39,777 nucleotides of DNA from an uncultured Planctomycetaceae bacterium (lineage in GTDB: Bacteria > Planctomycetota > Planctomycetia > Planctomycetales > Planctomycetaceae), in NCBI GenBank assembly GCA_964633565.1, contig CAZWGW010000001.1, forward strand, positions 1 to 39,777, read 5' to 3'. The first letter of the stretch is position 1. Every line of letters begins with the position of its first letter. Made by a program: the position numbers and the translations under genes. The notes under the pieces are model-generated. The model saw only the letters and a list, made by a program, of their open reading frames with translations, was not told the origin of the DNA and did not search any database. Positions 16,777-26,400 of the stretch are shown here, piece by piece.

Positions 16777-18555
16777 ATGTGGTCACGATACGCTTCGAGT
16801 CGCCTTTGCGGTCTGAGCTTGGCCGGCTTTGCCTGCTGCGTCGCGGCGGCATGCGCGCCCGGACGCGCCGTGGCCCAGACTCAGGACAGCGCCCTCAACG
16901 TCCGCGTCCAGCAGGCGATTGCCAAGGCAGCCGGATACCTCGAGACAAATCTCAAGGACGAAAGGGACGAGGGGGTCAGTGCGCTCGCCGCGCTCGCGCT
17001 GGTCAAATCGCACGTGCCGCTCAACTCTCCCGCGCTGCAAGGCGCGATTCAAGTGGTGCTGAACCGGGTGAAGAACGGTGAATACACGCCTGGCCAGCAT
17101 CATATTTATCAGGCTGGCGTGGAAGCGACGTTGCTCGCCGACTCCAACGCCACGGTGTTCCGCCCGCAGATCGAAGCCATCTCCAGATACATCATGGCGC
17201 AACAACTCCCGAACGGTGGGTGGGATTATCCCACCGGCCGGCAGGGTCACGGCGACACCAGCGTGACGCAGTACGCACTGCTCGGACTGTGGGCCGCGAC
17301 GCGGGCAGGCGTCGAAGTTCCGGTCACCGTCTGGGACCAGGGGATTGCCTGGCATATCGCCACGCAGAATTCCGACGGAGGTTTTCGCTACGTCCCGACG
17401 ACCGAGGAAGGCTATGAACGGGGTGGATCCAGCATCAATCTGACGCTGGCCGCCATCGGGAGCATGCTGATCTGCGCGCGTCACGCGTTTCCCGGCCGTG
17501 CGGACACGCTGGCCCAGTTGCTGGGTTTGAAACAGGAGCGGAACACCGTGCAGAGGGAGCGTTTTGGAGTGCTGGAAAAGGTGGATCTGTCGAAGGTCAA
17601 TGAGACGACGGAGGAAGGGGGCCCGATCAAACCGACGACGACAACCACAAACATCGACCAACTGAAACAGTCGATCGAACGGGCTTACGGCTGGGCGGGG
17701 ACGCGCGTTGCGCCCACCAAAGGGGACCCGCACTACGCGGACTATTACTACTACTCGTTTGAACGCGCTGCTGCCTTGGCCGGGGTCGAACAATTCGGCC
17801 GCTTTAACTGGTTCGAGGGCTGCGCCAACGAGTTGCTCCCGAAGCAGCAGGCGGACGGACACTGGAGCATCTCGACGTTCCACGTGCGCGACACGGCTTT
17901 TGTCACGCTGTTCCTCACACGGTCGACGGGGGCCATCATCAACAAGACCATTCCCCCCGATCCAATTGGCGGAGGCCTGGCCAAAGGTCACCGTGGAGGC
18001 CTGGACGACATTGGGAACATCGGTCGCGACGGCCAGGTCAAGAAGAGCCTCGGGTCACTCGACGACCTCCTGAAACTGTTGGAGGCACCCGGCGACGTTG
18101 ACCTCAAGGACTTGCAGGAACAGATCGTCGAACAGGTTCAAATTACTGATCGCAGGACACTGATCGGCCAGAAAGACCTCCTGGTCCGGTACGCCCGGCA
18201 TCCCAGCGCCGAGGTGCGCCGGACGGCGCTCTGGGCGCTGGGGCGAACCGACGATTTCAGTCTCGCCAGGCTGCTGATCAATGCGCTCGACGACCCCGAC
18301 CTGGGTGTGCTGATTGAAGCCCGGAACGCCTTGTGCTGGCTGTCGCGCAAACCCAATGGACTGGGCGAAGCGGCAGACCCGCATTTGAACCTGCCCGAGA
18401 ATGCGACCGAAGATCAGAAACTGGCGGCCACGGCCACGTGGCACGCGGACCTCGTTCGGAAATGGGGGTCCTGGTATCTCCAGAATCGTCCCTATGCGGA
18501 CCGCGGCGACGAGTTCGAGGCCGAGTTGCTGCAGAAAATTGCCGCCGCAAAATAG
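16777..18555 (+). CDS. secreted prenyltransferase/squalene-oxidase-repeat protein with C-terminal HEAT repeats
   Basis: GGGAG lies upstream of ATG 16777. The signal peptide ends in AVAQ. Alpha-alpha toroid type repeats are present (QQLPNGGWDYPTGRQGHGDTSVTQYALLGLW; ATQNSDGGFRYVP; QQADGHWS). The C-terminus HPSAEVRRTALWALGRT..LINALDDPDLGVLIEARNALCWL is HEAT-like. Confidence 0.7.
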   Translation: MWSRYASSRLCGLSLAGFACCVAAACAPGRAVAQTQDSALNVRVQQAIAKAAGYLETNLKDERDEGVSALAALALVKSHVPLNSPALQGAIQVVLNRVKNGEYTPGQHHIYQAGVEATLLADSNATVFRPQIEAISRYIMAQQLPNGGWDYPTGRQGHGDTSVTQYALLGLWAATRAGVEVPVTVWDQGIAWHIATQNSDGGFRYVPTTEEGYERGGSSINLTLAAIGSMLICARHAFPGRADTLAQLLGLKQERNTVQRERFGVLEKVDLSKVNETTEEGGPIKPTTTTTNIDQLKQSIERAYGWAGTRVAPTKGDPHYADYYYYSFERAAALAGVEQFGRFNWFEGCANELLPKQQADGHWSISTFHVRDTAFVTLFLTRSTGAIINKTIPPDPIGGGLAKGHRGGLDDIGNIGRDGQVKKSLGSLDDLLKLLEAPGDVDLKDLQEQIVEQVQITDRRTLIGQKDLLVRYARHPSAEVRRTALWALGRTDDFSLARLLINALDDPDLGVLIEARNALCWLSRKPNGLGEAADPHLNLPENATEDQKLAATATWHADLVRKWGSWYLQNRPYADRGDEFEAELLQKIAAAK

Positions 18556-18616
18556 GCATCGGCATTCGTCGTCGGCAGACAGGTCACGCGGGTCGAGTCG
18601 CGGCGGCGCGCAGCCC

Positions 18617-19042
18617 TTATTGACGGATCTCGGCCTGTGAGCGGAACCCGCGGGCCCGGTCGTAGAGCTGGCTTTCTTCGTCCAATCCCCGGCCTCGGGG
18701 TTGCAGCCGATAGGTGTAGTCGTGCCGGTTGGTCACCTGGAACGGCAGAAGATTGTCGGCGAAGAATTCGATCGGAAAGACCTGATACCAGGGTCGCGGG
18801 ATCGGCAGCCATTCCGTCCGGGTTTCGTAGCCAGGCAGCGACAGTTTGATCTCGCGGGTACCGTAATAGGTGAAATCCGTTGAAACCGGCGTCGGTCCCA
18901 GTGACACACCATCCACTTCGGCCAGAGCGCCGGGGGGGTCTGTGCGGATCGTCAGTCGGCGATGCACGCAGCCGGAGGCGAGACACGCCTGCACCAGCAG
19001 CAGGGTGATTGCGAATTGCGCCAGTCGGCCGATTCGAGGCAT
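18617..19042 (-). CDS. PEGA-domain lipoprotein
   Basis: The signal and lipobox are LLLVQACLASGC. The PEGA core is IRTDPPGALAEVDGVSLGPTPV...YGTREIKLSLPGYE. Confidence 0.75.
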   Translation of the reverse strand: MPRIGRLAQFAITLLLVQACLASGCVHRRLTIRTDPPGALAEVDGVSLGPTPVSTDFTYYGTREIKLSLPGYETRTEWLPIPRPWYQVFPIEFFADNLLPFQVTNRHDYTYRLQPRGRGLDEESQLYDRARGFRSQAEIRQ

Positions 19043-19331
19043 GCGGAGCGCGGCAGGTCGAATTCATCCGGGAACACCAGGGACGGGGCGGGATTCTAGA
19101 AGGGCATCCGCAGTGTGCCAAGACAGGAATCCGCGACCGCGAGTGGCAAGTAACCTGTTCCGCTCCATCGAGTTGCGTACGTCGCGGACTTGGTGACTGC
19201 CATTTGCAGCAACTGCCCATTGGAATGACGGCTGCTCGCGGCCCCGCTCCCTTCGTTCATCCGCGCTGCTGCATTAAGATCGGGCGCGGTTTCGCGTCTG
19301 GCTGGCAACTCCGGGATCCAGGACGGCACGC

Positions 19332-21314
19332 ATGCTCTGGGAGATTGAAATTCGACCGGTCGAGGGAGAGGTCGATCGTGAAGCGGCACGGATTCTTGCC
19401 GAGACCCGCGCCTTGGGCGCCGGATCGGTCACCCGGGTTCAGGCAGCGCGGTCGTTCCTGATCGAAGGTGAACTCGATGAGGCTGCGGTGAACCGTTTCG
19501 CGGCGCCGCTCCTGGCAGACCGCATTGTCGAGACGGCCGTGACGAGACGTCTCCCCACACGCGGTGGCGACGACGGCGACTCGACGCTGCTCAACGTCTT
19601 GCTGAAGCCGGGTGTGACCGACAACGTCGGGCAGACGGCGGCCGCAGCGCTGCGGGACCTGGGCCTGAGCGTGGCACGCGTGGCGACGTGTCGCAAGTAT
19701 CTGGTCAATCGCGACGCTGCCGACGCCGACATCGCACGGTTGAGCACAGGCGTGCTCTCGAACGACGCCATCGAGCAGGTCCTGCGCGGGCCGCTGCAGC
19801 TCACGAGCCTGTCGTTGGGGGGGAAGTACGGCTTTCAGCTTGTGAGGGCGCCGATCCGCGGAATGTCCGCTGCCGAACTGGAACGACTCAGCCGGGATGG
19901 GCAGTTGTATTTGAGCCTCGTGGAAATACAGACGATCCAGGGTCATTTCCGGGACCTCGGCCGCGAACCGACGGATATCGAGCTGGAAACGATTGCCCAG
20001 ACGTGGAGCGAGCACTGTTCCCACAAGACGCTGGCCGGGCGCATTCGTTACCGCGACGAGCATGGCGAACGGCAATTCACGAACATGCTCAAGGAAACGA
20101 TCTTCGCCGCCACCCGGGAAATTCGCCGCCGGTTGGGGCCGGACGACTGGTGTGTCAGTGTTTTTCGGGACAATGCCGGCATTGTCAGGTTCGACGACAA
20201 GCACGACGTGTGCATCAAGGTCGAAACGCACAATCACCCCTCCGCATTGGAGCCCTATGGCGGGGCGAACACCGGCCTGGGGGGCGTGATCCGCGATCCG
20301 CTGGGGACGGGGCTTGGCGCGAAACCGGTCTGCAATACCGACGTGTTCTGCTTTGCTCCGCCGGACACGCCATTCGATACATTGCCGCCGGGAGTCTTGC
20401 ATCCGCGGGCCGTCATGCACGGCGTCGTCTCCGGAGTGCGCGATTACGGCAACCGCATGGGTATTCCGACTGTCAACGGGGCCGTCTACTTCGACGAGCG
20501 CTACCTCGGCAACCCGCTGGTGTACTGCGGCAACGTGGCACTGATCCCGGTAGGGAAGAGCGAAAAACGAGTGATCCCCGGCGACTACATCGTGGCCGCA
20601 GGGGGGCGAACGGGGCGCGACGGCATCCATGGCGCGACGTTTTCGTCGGCCGAATTGACGCACGAGAGTGAGTCGGTTTCCGGCGGCGCGGTGCAGATCG
20701 GTAACGCCGTCACCGAAAAGATGCTCATGGACGTGATTCTCGCCGCGCGGGACCGTGGCCTGTATCACGCCATCACCGATTGCGGCGCCGGCGGATTATC
20801 GAGTGCCGTGGGCGAAATGGGAGCGGACACCGGCGCCGAAGTCTGGCTGGAGAAGCCACCGCTCAAGTATGCCGGGCTGTCTTATACCGAGATCTGGATC
20901 AGCGAGGCACAGGAACGGATGGTGCTGGCCGTGCCGCCGGAGTCGTGGCAAGAATTCCATGCGCTCTGCGCGTCCGAAGGGGTCGAAGCAACGATCATCG
21001 GCAAATACACCGATACCCGGCGGCTCGTGCTCAAATACGAAGGGCACGAAGTCGGCAATGTGGACATGCAGTTCCTGCATGACGGCCGGCCGCCGGTAGT
21101 GAGGGAGGCCGTGTTTGAATTGCCGGTGCGCGCCGATACATGTTTCAGCCACGATCGGCGCGATGAGGAGCTGAGGAGAGCGGGAGATGCGGGGAGTTCT
21201 CAGATCTCTTCATCCCCGGATCCCCTCATCTCCTTATCACGTCATGCAGACGAGCCGCGTTACAATGCTCCCTTGAAGGCCATTCTTGGCTCGCTCAACG
21301 TCTGCTCGAAATAG
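19332..21314 (+). CDS. purL: purL 5' segment: two PurS-like repeats fused to the FGAM synthase II N-terminal half, ending at an in-frame TAG
   Basis: Motifs are [60 protein letters not shown] and [16 protein letters not shown]. The ORF ends at TAG 21312-21314 inside the conserved ..SK[12 protein letters not shown] block. Confidence 0.9.
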   Translation: MLWEIEIRPVEGEVDREAARILAETRALGAGSVTRVQAARSFLIEGELDEAAVNRFAAPLLADRIVETAVTRRLPTRGGDDGDSTLLNVLLKPGVTDNVGQTAAAALRDLGLSVARVATCRKYLVNRDAADADIARLSTGVLSNDAIEQVLRGPLQLTSLSLGGKYGFQLVRAPIRGMSAAELERLSRDGQLYLSLVEIQTIQGHFRDLGREPTDIELETIAQTWSEHCSHKTLAGRIRYRDEHGERQFTNMLKETIFAATREIRRRLGPDDWCVSVFRDNAGIVRFDDKHDVCIKVETHNHPSALEPYGGANTGLGGVIRDPLGTGLGAKPVCNTDVFCFAPPDTPFDTLPPGVLHPRAVMHGVVSGVRDYGNRMGIPTVNGAVYFDERYLGNPLVYCGNVALIPVGKSEKRVIPGDYIVAAGGRTGRDGIHGATFSSAELTHESESVSGGAVQIGNAVTEKMLMDVILAARDRGLYHAITDCGAGGLSSAVGEMGADTGAEVWLEKPPLKYAGLSYTEIWISEAQERMVLAVPPESWQEFHALCASEGVEATIIGKYTDTRRLVLKYEGHEVGNVDMQFLHDGRPPVVREAVFELPVRADTCFSHDRRDEELRRAGDAGSSQISSSPDPLISLSRHADEPRYNAPLKAILGSLNVCSK

Positions 21315-21341
21315 TGGATTATCCGCCAGTACGATCACGAA

Positions 21342-22358
21342 GTGCAGTCGGGCAGCGTGGTCAAGCCGCTGGTGGGCGCCGCCAACGACGGCCCGTCAGA
21401 TGCAGCCGTGGTGCGCCCGGACCTCCGCTCGCGCCGCGGTCTGGTCATCGCCTGCGGAATGAATCCCCGTTACGGGGACATCGATCCGTACTGGATGGCC
21501 GCCTCGGCGATTGACGAGGCCGTGAGGAATTGCGTGGCGGTCGGCGCGGACCCCAAACGCATCGCCATCCTCGACAACTTCTGCTGGGGGAACACCGACC
21601 GGCCGGAGACGCTCGGTTCGCTGGTGCGGGCGGCCCTCGGCTGCCATGACACGGCCCTCGCCTTCGGGACGCCATTCGTCAGCGGGAAGGACTCGCTGAA
21701 CAACGAATTCACGTTCGTCGACCAGTCCGGCAGCAAGCGGACCATTGCCATTCCGCCGTCACTGCTGATTACCGCACTCGGGCAGATCGACGACATCGAG
21801 CAGGCCGTCACGATGGACCTGAAGGAGGCGGAAAACGTCCTGTATCTCGTGGGAGACACGAAAGAGGAACTCGGAGGCAGCCACTATGCGATGATTCATG
21901 GAATCGGAGACGGACGGATTCCACACGTCGATCCGGTTCGAGCACCGGAGTTGTTTGCGGCAATCCATTCGGCCATTCGGTTCGGCTGCGTAAAATCGTG
22001 CCATGATCTGAGCGAAGGTGGACTTGCCGTGGCACTGGCCGAGGTGTGCTTCGCTGGCGGACTCGGTGCCCAAATTGACCTTGCGGCGCTCGCGGCGCGA
22101 AGCGGAATCAATGATCCATCCGTACTCCTCTTCTCGGAAAGCAATACGAGATTCCTGATCGAGGTGGCGGCAGAGGATGCGGCGTCGTTCGAGGTGATGA
22201 TGACTCCGCCCGAAGGTGACTCACGCGCCGTCCGCCTGGGAATCGTCAACCAATCGGGAAAACTCCTCATTCGGCGCAAGGCAGATGCCGAGCGCGTCGT
22301 CGATACAACCATCGAAGAATTGAAGGCGAGCTGGCAGCAGCCGCTCGCACGAGGCTGA
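21342..22358 (+). CDS. purL: purL 3' segment (second AIRS/AIRS_C half); the homology actually resumes at 21315, directly after the TAG
   Basis: It is in the same frame as 19332..21314. Nucleotides 21315 onward read [21 protein letters not shown]..., then [32 protein letters not shown] and [17 protein letters not shown] 21342 is only the first start-like codon reported by the ORF track. Confidence 0.85.
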   Translation: MQSGSVVKPLVGAANDGPSDAAVVRPDLRSRRGLVIACGMNPRYGDIDPYWMAASAIDEAVRNCVAVGADPKRIAILDNFCWGNTDRPETLGSLVRAALGCHDTALAFGTPFVSGKDSLNNEFTFVDQSGSKRTIAIPPSLLITALGQIDDIEQAVTMDLKEAENVLYLVGDTKEELGGSHYAMIHGIGDGRIPHVDPVRAPELFAAIHSAIRFGCVKSCHDLSEGGLAVALAEVCFAGGLGAQIDLAALAARSGINDPSVLLFSESNTRFLIEVAAEDAASFEVMMTPPEGDSRAVRLGIVNQSGKLLIRRKADAERVVDTTIEELKASWQQPLARG

Positions 22359-22370
22359 GGCGCCTGTCAC

Positions 22371-23141
22371 ATGGAGTATCTGACGACGGCACAGGCAGCG
22401 GCCCGTCTGGGCGGCCGCATCCTGCAGGACTGGCGAACAAAGTTCACCGCCCGCGAGAAGAGTCCCAGCAATCTGGTCACCGAGGCGGACGTTGCGTCCC
22501 AGCGCGCGATCTTCGAGTATATCCACGAACGATTTCCGGACCATTGCTTTCTCGGCGAAGAGGATTTGCCGCATGTTTCCGCACCGGACGAGTCTCCTTG
22601 TCGGTGGATTGTCGATCCGCTTGACGGCACGTCGAATTATGTGCATGGCTTCCCGTACTATGCCGTCTCGGTGGCGCTGGAAGAGAGGGGCGAACTCATC
22701 GCGGGCGCCATCTACGACCCAAACCGCGACGAATTGTTTTCTGCCGCGGCCGGGCAGGGGGCGACGCTGAACGGGCGTCGCATCCACGTCTCCCAGGCAT
22801 CCGACTTGTCACAGGCACTCTGTATGGCAAGCCTGCCCGTGAAGACGACGCGCGCGGACCCTGCCGTGCAGCGCTTTCTGCGCGTGTTGGAAGCGGCGCA
22901 ACATGTCCAGCGGACCGGTTCGGCAGCCCTCAACCTCTGCTCGGTCGCGTGCGGACGCGTCGACGCGTTCTGGTCCACCAGCCTGCATCCGTGGGACATG
23001 GCCGCCGGTGTGCTGATCGTGACCGAAGGAGGCGGCCGCGTCACGCGGACCGACGGTGGGTTGTTTGATCTGCTACGTCCCGACCTGTTGGCCACGAACG
23101 GGACGCCGCTGCACTCGGCAGTGGTTCCACTCCTCGCGTAA
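22371..23141 (+). CDS. suhB: inositol monophosphatase family protein (SuhB/ImpA-like)
   Basis: Motifs are FLGEE, WIVDPLDGTSNYVHGFPYYAVSVAL and WDMAAGVLIVTEGGG. Confidence 0.9.
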   Translation: MEYLTTAQAAARLGGRILQDWRTKFTAREKSPSNLVTEADVASQRAIFEYIHERFPDHCFLGEEDLPHVSAPDESPCRWIVDPLDGTSNYVHGFPYYAVSVALEERGELIAGAIYDPNRDELFSAAAGQGATLNGRRIHVSQASDLSQALCMASLPVKTTRADPAVQRFLRVLEAAQHVQRTGSAALNLCSVACGRVDAFWSTSLHPWDMAAGVLIVTEGGGRVTRTDGGLFDLLRPDLLATNGTPLHSAVVPLLA

Positions 23142-23422
23142 CCTCCGGCCGGGCAGCTCGTTACGCGCATCGCGGCAAGTCGGCAAATCGACGTGCCGGA
23201 CGTGTTTGGTTCTTTCTCCCCGCCTCCCGCGCAGATATGATTGCCTGAGCGCGTGGATGTGGATCCCCTCTCATCTGCCGTTCGGCACGTGGAATCCGGT
23301 CCGGGACGCGCAGCGTCGCGCCGCCCTGTTGCGCGCCGGCCACATGGGTCGGCGAGCGCAGGCAGCCGAACCTGAACTCGTAATTCGAACTGAACTCTGA
23401 GCCACAGGCAGAACGCGTGGTG

Positions 23423-26400
23423 ATGTCCTCGGTGATCCTGCCGCTGTTGTACGGCCTGCTGGCCATCGGGCAGACCAGCCCGCCGGTGGCGACACCGACT
23501 CCGCCGGCCGGCACCGTACCACCGAAGCTTGCTGAGGGACCGACTCACCCGATCAAGCCGTCGTCGGACAGGGCGGGCGATGTGTTCTTCGACCCGGATG
23601 AAAACGGTCGGCTTCGCGCGATTCCCGTCGACGACGCAATCCAGGCAGGTGCTGAGTTTCTCAGACACCTGCAGGGGGACGGGCGACCGGCAACCGCGGC
23701 GGTCTACGTCTCCCGGCTCTTGCTCGATGGCGAGATCGTCGGCGACCGGGCCGAGTTCAAAGTGTCGATCACGATCGAAGTCACCCGCGCGGAAGGATGG
23801 TACGACGTACCGCTCGCGCTTCACGAGGCCCACGTCCACGAGTCAAAGTACGAGGGACCCGGCAACCAGGCGCCCCGGACCGGGGGACCCGCGGAGGACG
23901 GACTGCACTGGTCCTTGAACGGACAGGGAACGCACCGGCTCGAATTGAAGTTCGACGTTCCGCTCAAGCAGAGTCCTGCCGGGCAACAGTTGCAGTTGCG
24001 GTTGCCTCAGTTGCCCGATCTGTTCCGCCCCCGGTGTGTACTGCGTATTCCGGGAGGACCTGTCGTCGTCACGGCAAAGTCGGGAACGCCGGTGCCCGTT
24101 CACGTCCTGGAATCAGGCGACCAGGAGGTGGACCTGAATGTCATGGGCCAGCGCCTCGACCTCTCCTGGCGCCCGCACACCGACGAGTCACTGTCGCTCT
24201 CGACGTTCATCACCTCTTTCGACCTCCATCGGAGTGGAGGTCAACTGGAACTTGTGGCAGCACAGCAATGCGATGTCGAGCAGGGAACCGTCACGCGGAT
24301 TGAGGTCCGAATGCCCTCCGACACGCAGTTCGGCCTCGGTTCAATCGGGCGGAAGAAGGGCATTAACCAGCCCCCGGCCCTGTTGCGGCATTTCGAGATG
24401 GAGGAACGACCGGGATGGGTTCAGGTCGAATTGGATGAGCCGATGTCGGGACGATTCGAACTCGAGTGGAAATTCGCCAGGCCGTTTCCACAGTCGGGAG
24501 ACGTCATTCTGATTGACGGACTGGAACTGGCCGCTGCCAGAATTCAGCAGGGACGAGTCGAACTGCAACCCTTCGATGGTTATGACGTCAACTGTCTCGA
24601 AGAGGTCGGGAGTGGACTGCAGGAGACGAATCCTGTCAGTCAGACGGCTCTCAAGGCGTTTGAGTTTCGCAGACAGCCATTTCGTTTGGACGTCGAGGTT
24701 TCCCGCATCCAGCCGAAACTCATTGCCACGCCGCGATATTATCTGCGGCTCGACACGGATCAGGCGGATTTGTACCTGGAGGCGCAGGTCTCGGTGCTGG
24801 CCGGAGTCGTGGATGAGTTGCTGATCGAATGGCCCACTCGTGGAAACGATGGCTGGAGCTGCAACAGTGCGGTCGTGGACGTGCAGGTCGAGTCGGGCCT
24901 GGACCGGACGACGCTCAAGGCCACGGTGGTCGCCGGGGGAACTGCACTGCCGCCCGGCACGATCCGCCTTCAGTTTTCCCAGCCGGTTGTGGGGCGTTCG
25001 ACCGAAACGGTGCGTTTGCGGCTGATCGTGCCGTTCGTCCGCGTGATCCAGCCGGACGAATCCGGATTCGACCTGACGGTCCCCCGGCTCGGTGGGGCGG
25101 CCACGCAACCCGGCGCCGTGTTTATTGCGGGCGGCATGAAATTGGAGCCGTTCCTGGCCGAAACATCCGACCCGCCCGACAAGCTGCCGCCTCCGGCCAC
25201 GGCCGTCGTTGGGATCCCGGCCGGGTTCGCCGAGCCAACGGTGCTCGGGTTTTCCCTGGCGGCATCACCGGCGCCGCTTCCCATCGGCTGGGTCGAACAC
25301 TCGCGCACGATTTCGACCGAATCGAATGTGTCGGTTGTGGAGCTGCGCCGCGGGGCAGTCAATGTCGTGCAGCGTGTGTCGTACGCCGTTTCGTACGGCG
25401 AGGTGAGTTCCCTGTTGCTGGAATTGCCCCCCGCGATTGACGAACTGCTTCCTCCGGGGATCGAACGGCTCGGACCGGGCGAGGAGAGTATTGTGCTGTT
25501 CCGCCTGGACGACGGGACTGTGCTTGCTGCGGAACGGGCCGGGGCCAATTTGCGCATCCCGCTGCCGGCGCCGCGACATGGCCAGTTTGACCTGTTCATC
25601 GATTATGTGTGGCCGGTGCCGGCCGCCAGCGTGCAGCAGTCGGCGCCATTCGAACTGCCAATTGTGCGCACGCTGGATGCCGAGTTCGGCAGAATCGTGA
25701 TCAGCACGAGAGATTCCGAACGGATCCGCCTCGACGATTCCGAACAGGGCTGGACGTCGTTGGCGCCGCGTTCCGGAGGCGTTGCGTGGCAGACCCTGCA
25801 ACAACGGTCCGAAGTCCGACTGACGCTCGACGAGTCGTTGCTCAACGTCCCGCAGCAGTACACGATTCACTCCGCGTTTCTGCTGACACGATTTGGCCAG
25901 CAAGGCGAGGCGATTACGCTGGCGGAGTATGTCGTTCAGGATGCGCCGTCACGGCTGCTGATCATGCTGCCGCATGCCGATAGTCCCGTCGAATTCCGCT
26001 GGGATGGAGCGGTGCTTGAACTCGATCGCCAGGCCGTCCGGATCGAAGGACTGCTGGACAAGTACACGCTCGATTTGCCGACCGCCGAGGGAGAACAGTC
26101 GTCCGGACGGCTCTCGGTCAAGTACCAGTCTCCGTCGCACGGACCGCTGGGACTGATCGCGCGGCGCTCGATCGAGTTTCCCAGGTTCCCCGGCAAGGTC
26201 TGGGTCAACGAAACCTGGTTTGAAGTCGTGCTGCCCACCGGCAGCCAGTTGTTTGAACCACCACCCAATATGGCGCCCCAGTACACGTGGCAACGTCGGG
26301 TGGCCGTCTGGATGCGTCAGTCCACTCCGGAATACCAGCAGCGGCGTATCGACCTGTTTCCCGCGTCGGAGTACCCGCAGTTTCAGTCGGCACGCGGGAA

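Larger units (their letters stand above)
19332..22358 (+). pseudogene. purL: purL read as one 1008-codon gene carrying a single internal amber codon (disrupted, mis-sequenced or read through)
   Basis: Both halves share one frame and are separated only by TAG 21312-21314. The TAG occupies exactly one residue position of a conserved motif. Confidence 0.45.

Noticed and set aside
19230-19331. Possible ZTP (pfl) or purine riboswitch upstream of purL, because of CTGGCTGGCAAC resembling the GACUGGCG core
   Set aside because: The 3' pseudoknot partner (CCGCCUGGGC-like) is absent and the ATG follows immediately. No purine-riboswitch core (UAUAAUCGCGUGGAUAUGGCACGC-like) is present. The resemblance is limited to a few nucleotides.
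19257-20768. 503-aa minus-strand ORF. Similar long ORFs lie at 33302..34819 (-), 8169..9401 (-), 16783..17991 (-) and 22712..23839 (-).
   Set aside because: All lie opposite genes with strong motif support (purL, the lipoprotein/164-aa genes, glcD-like, the prenyltransferase-repeat gene, suhB). All have the low-complexity R/P/G/A composition typical of antisense frames in high-GC DNA.
21312-21314. TAG in purL read as pyrrolysine or another programmed amino-acid insertion
   Set aside because: There is no pyl gene or PYLIS-like context in the window. Planctomycetes are not known Pyl users. The position is an ordinary, variable residue in a conserved block. Error, mutation or leaky readthrough are simpler explanations. 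This cannot be fully excluded without the whole genome.
23372-23397. CTGAACTC repeated 18 bp apart upstream of the giant genes, treated as a confident operator
   Set aside because: The 7-mer TGAACTC also occurs inside coding regions as GTG-AAC-TCG (for example near 5453, 13563 and 19469), so specificity is low. It is kept only as a weak note within the finding on 33022-34885.
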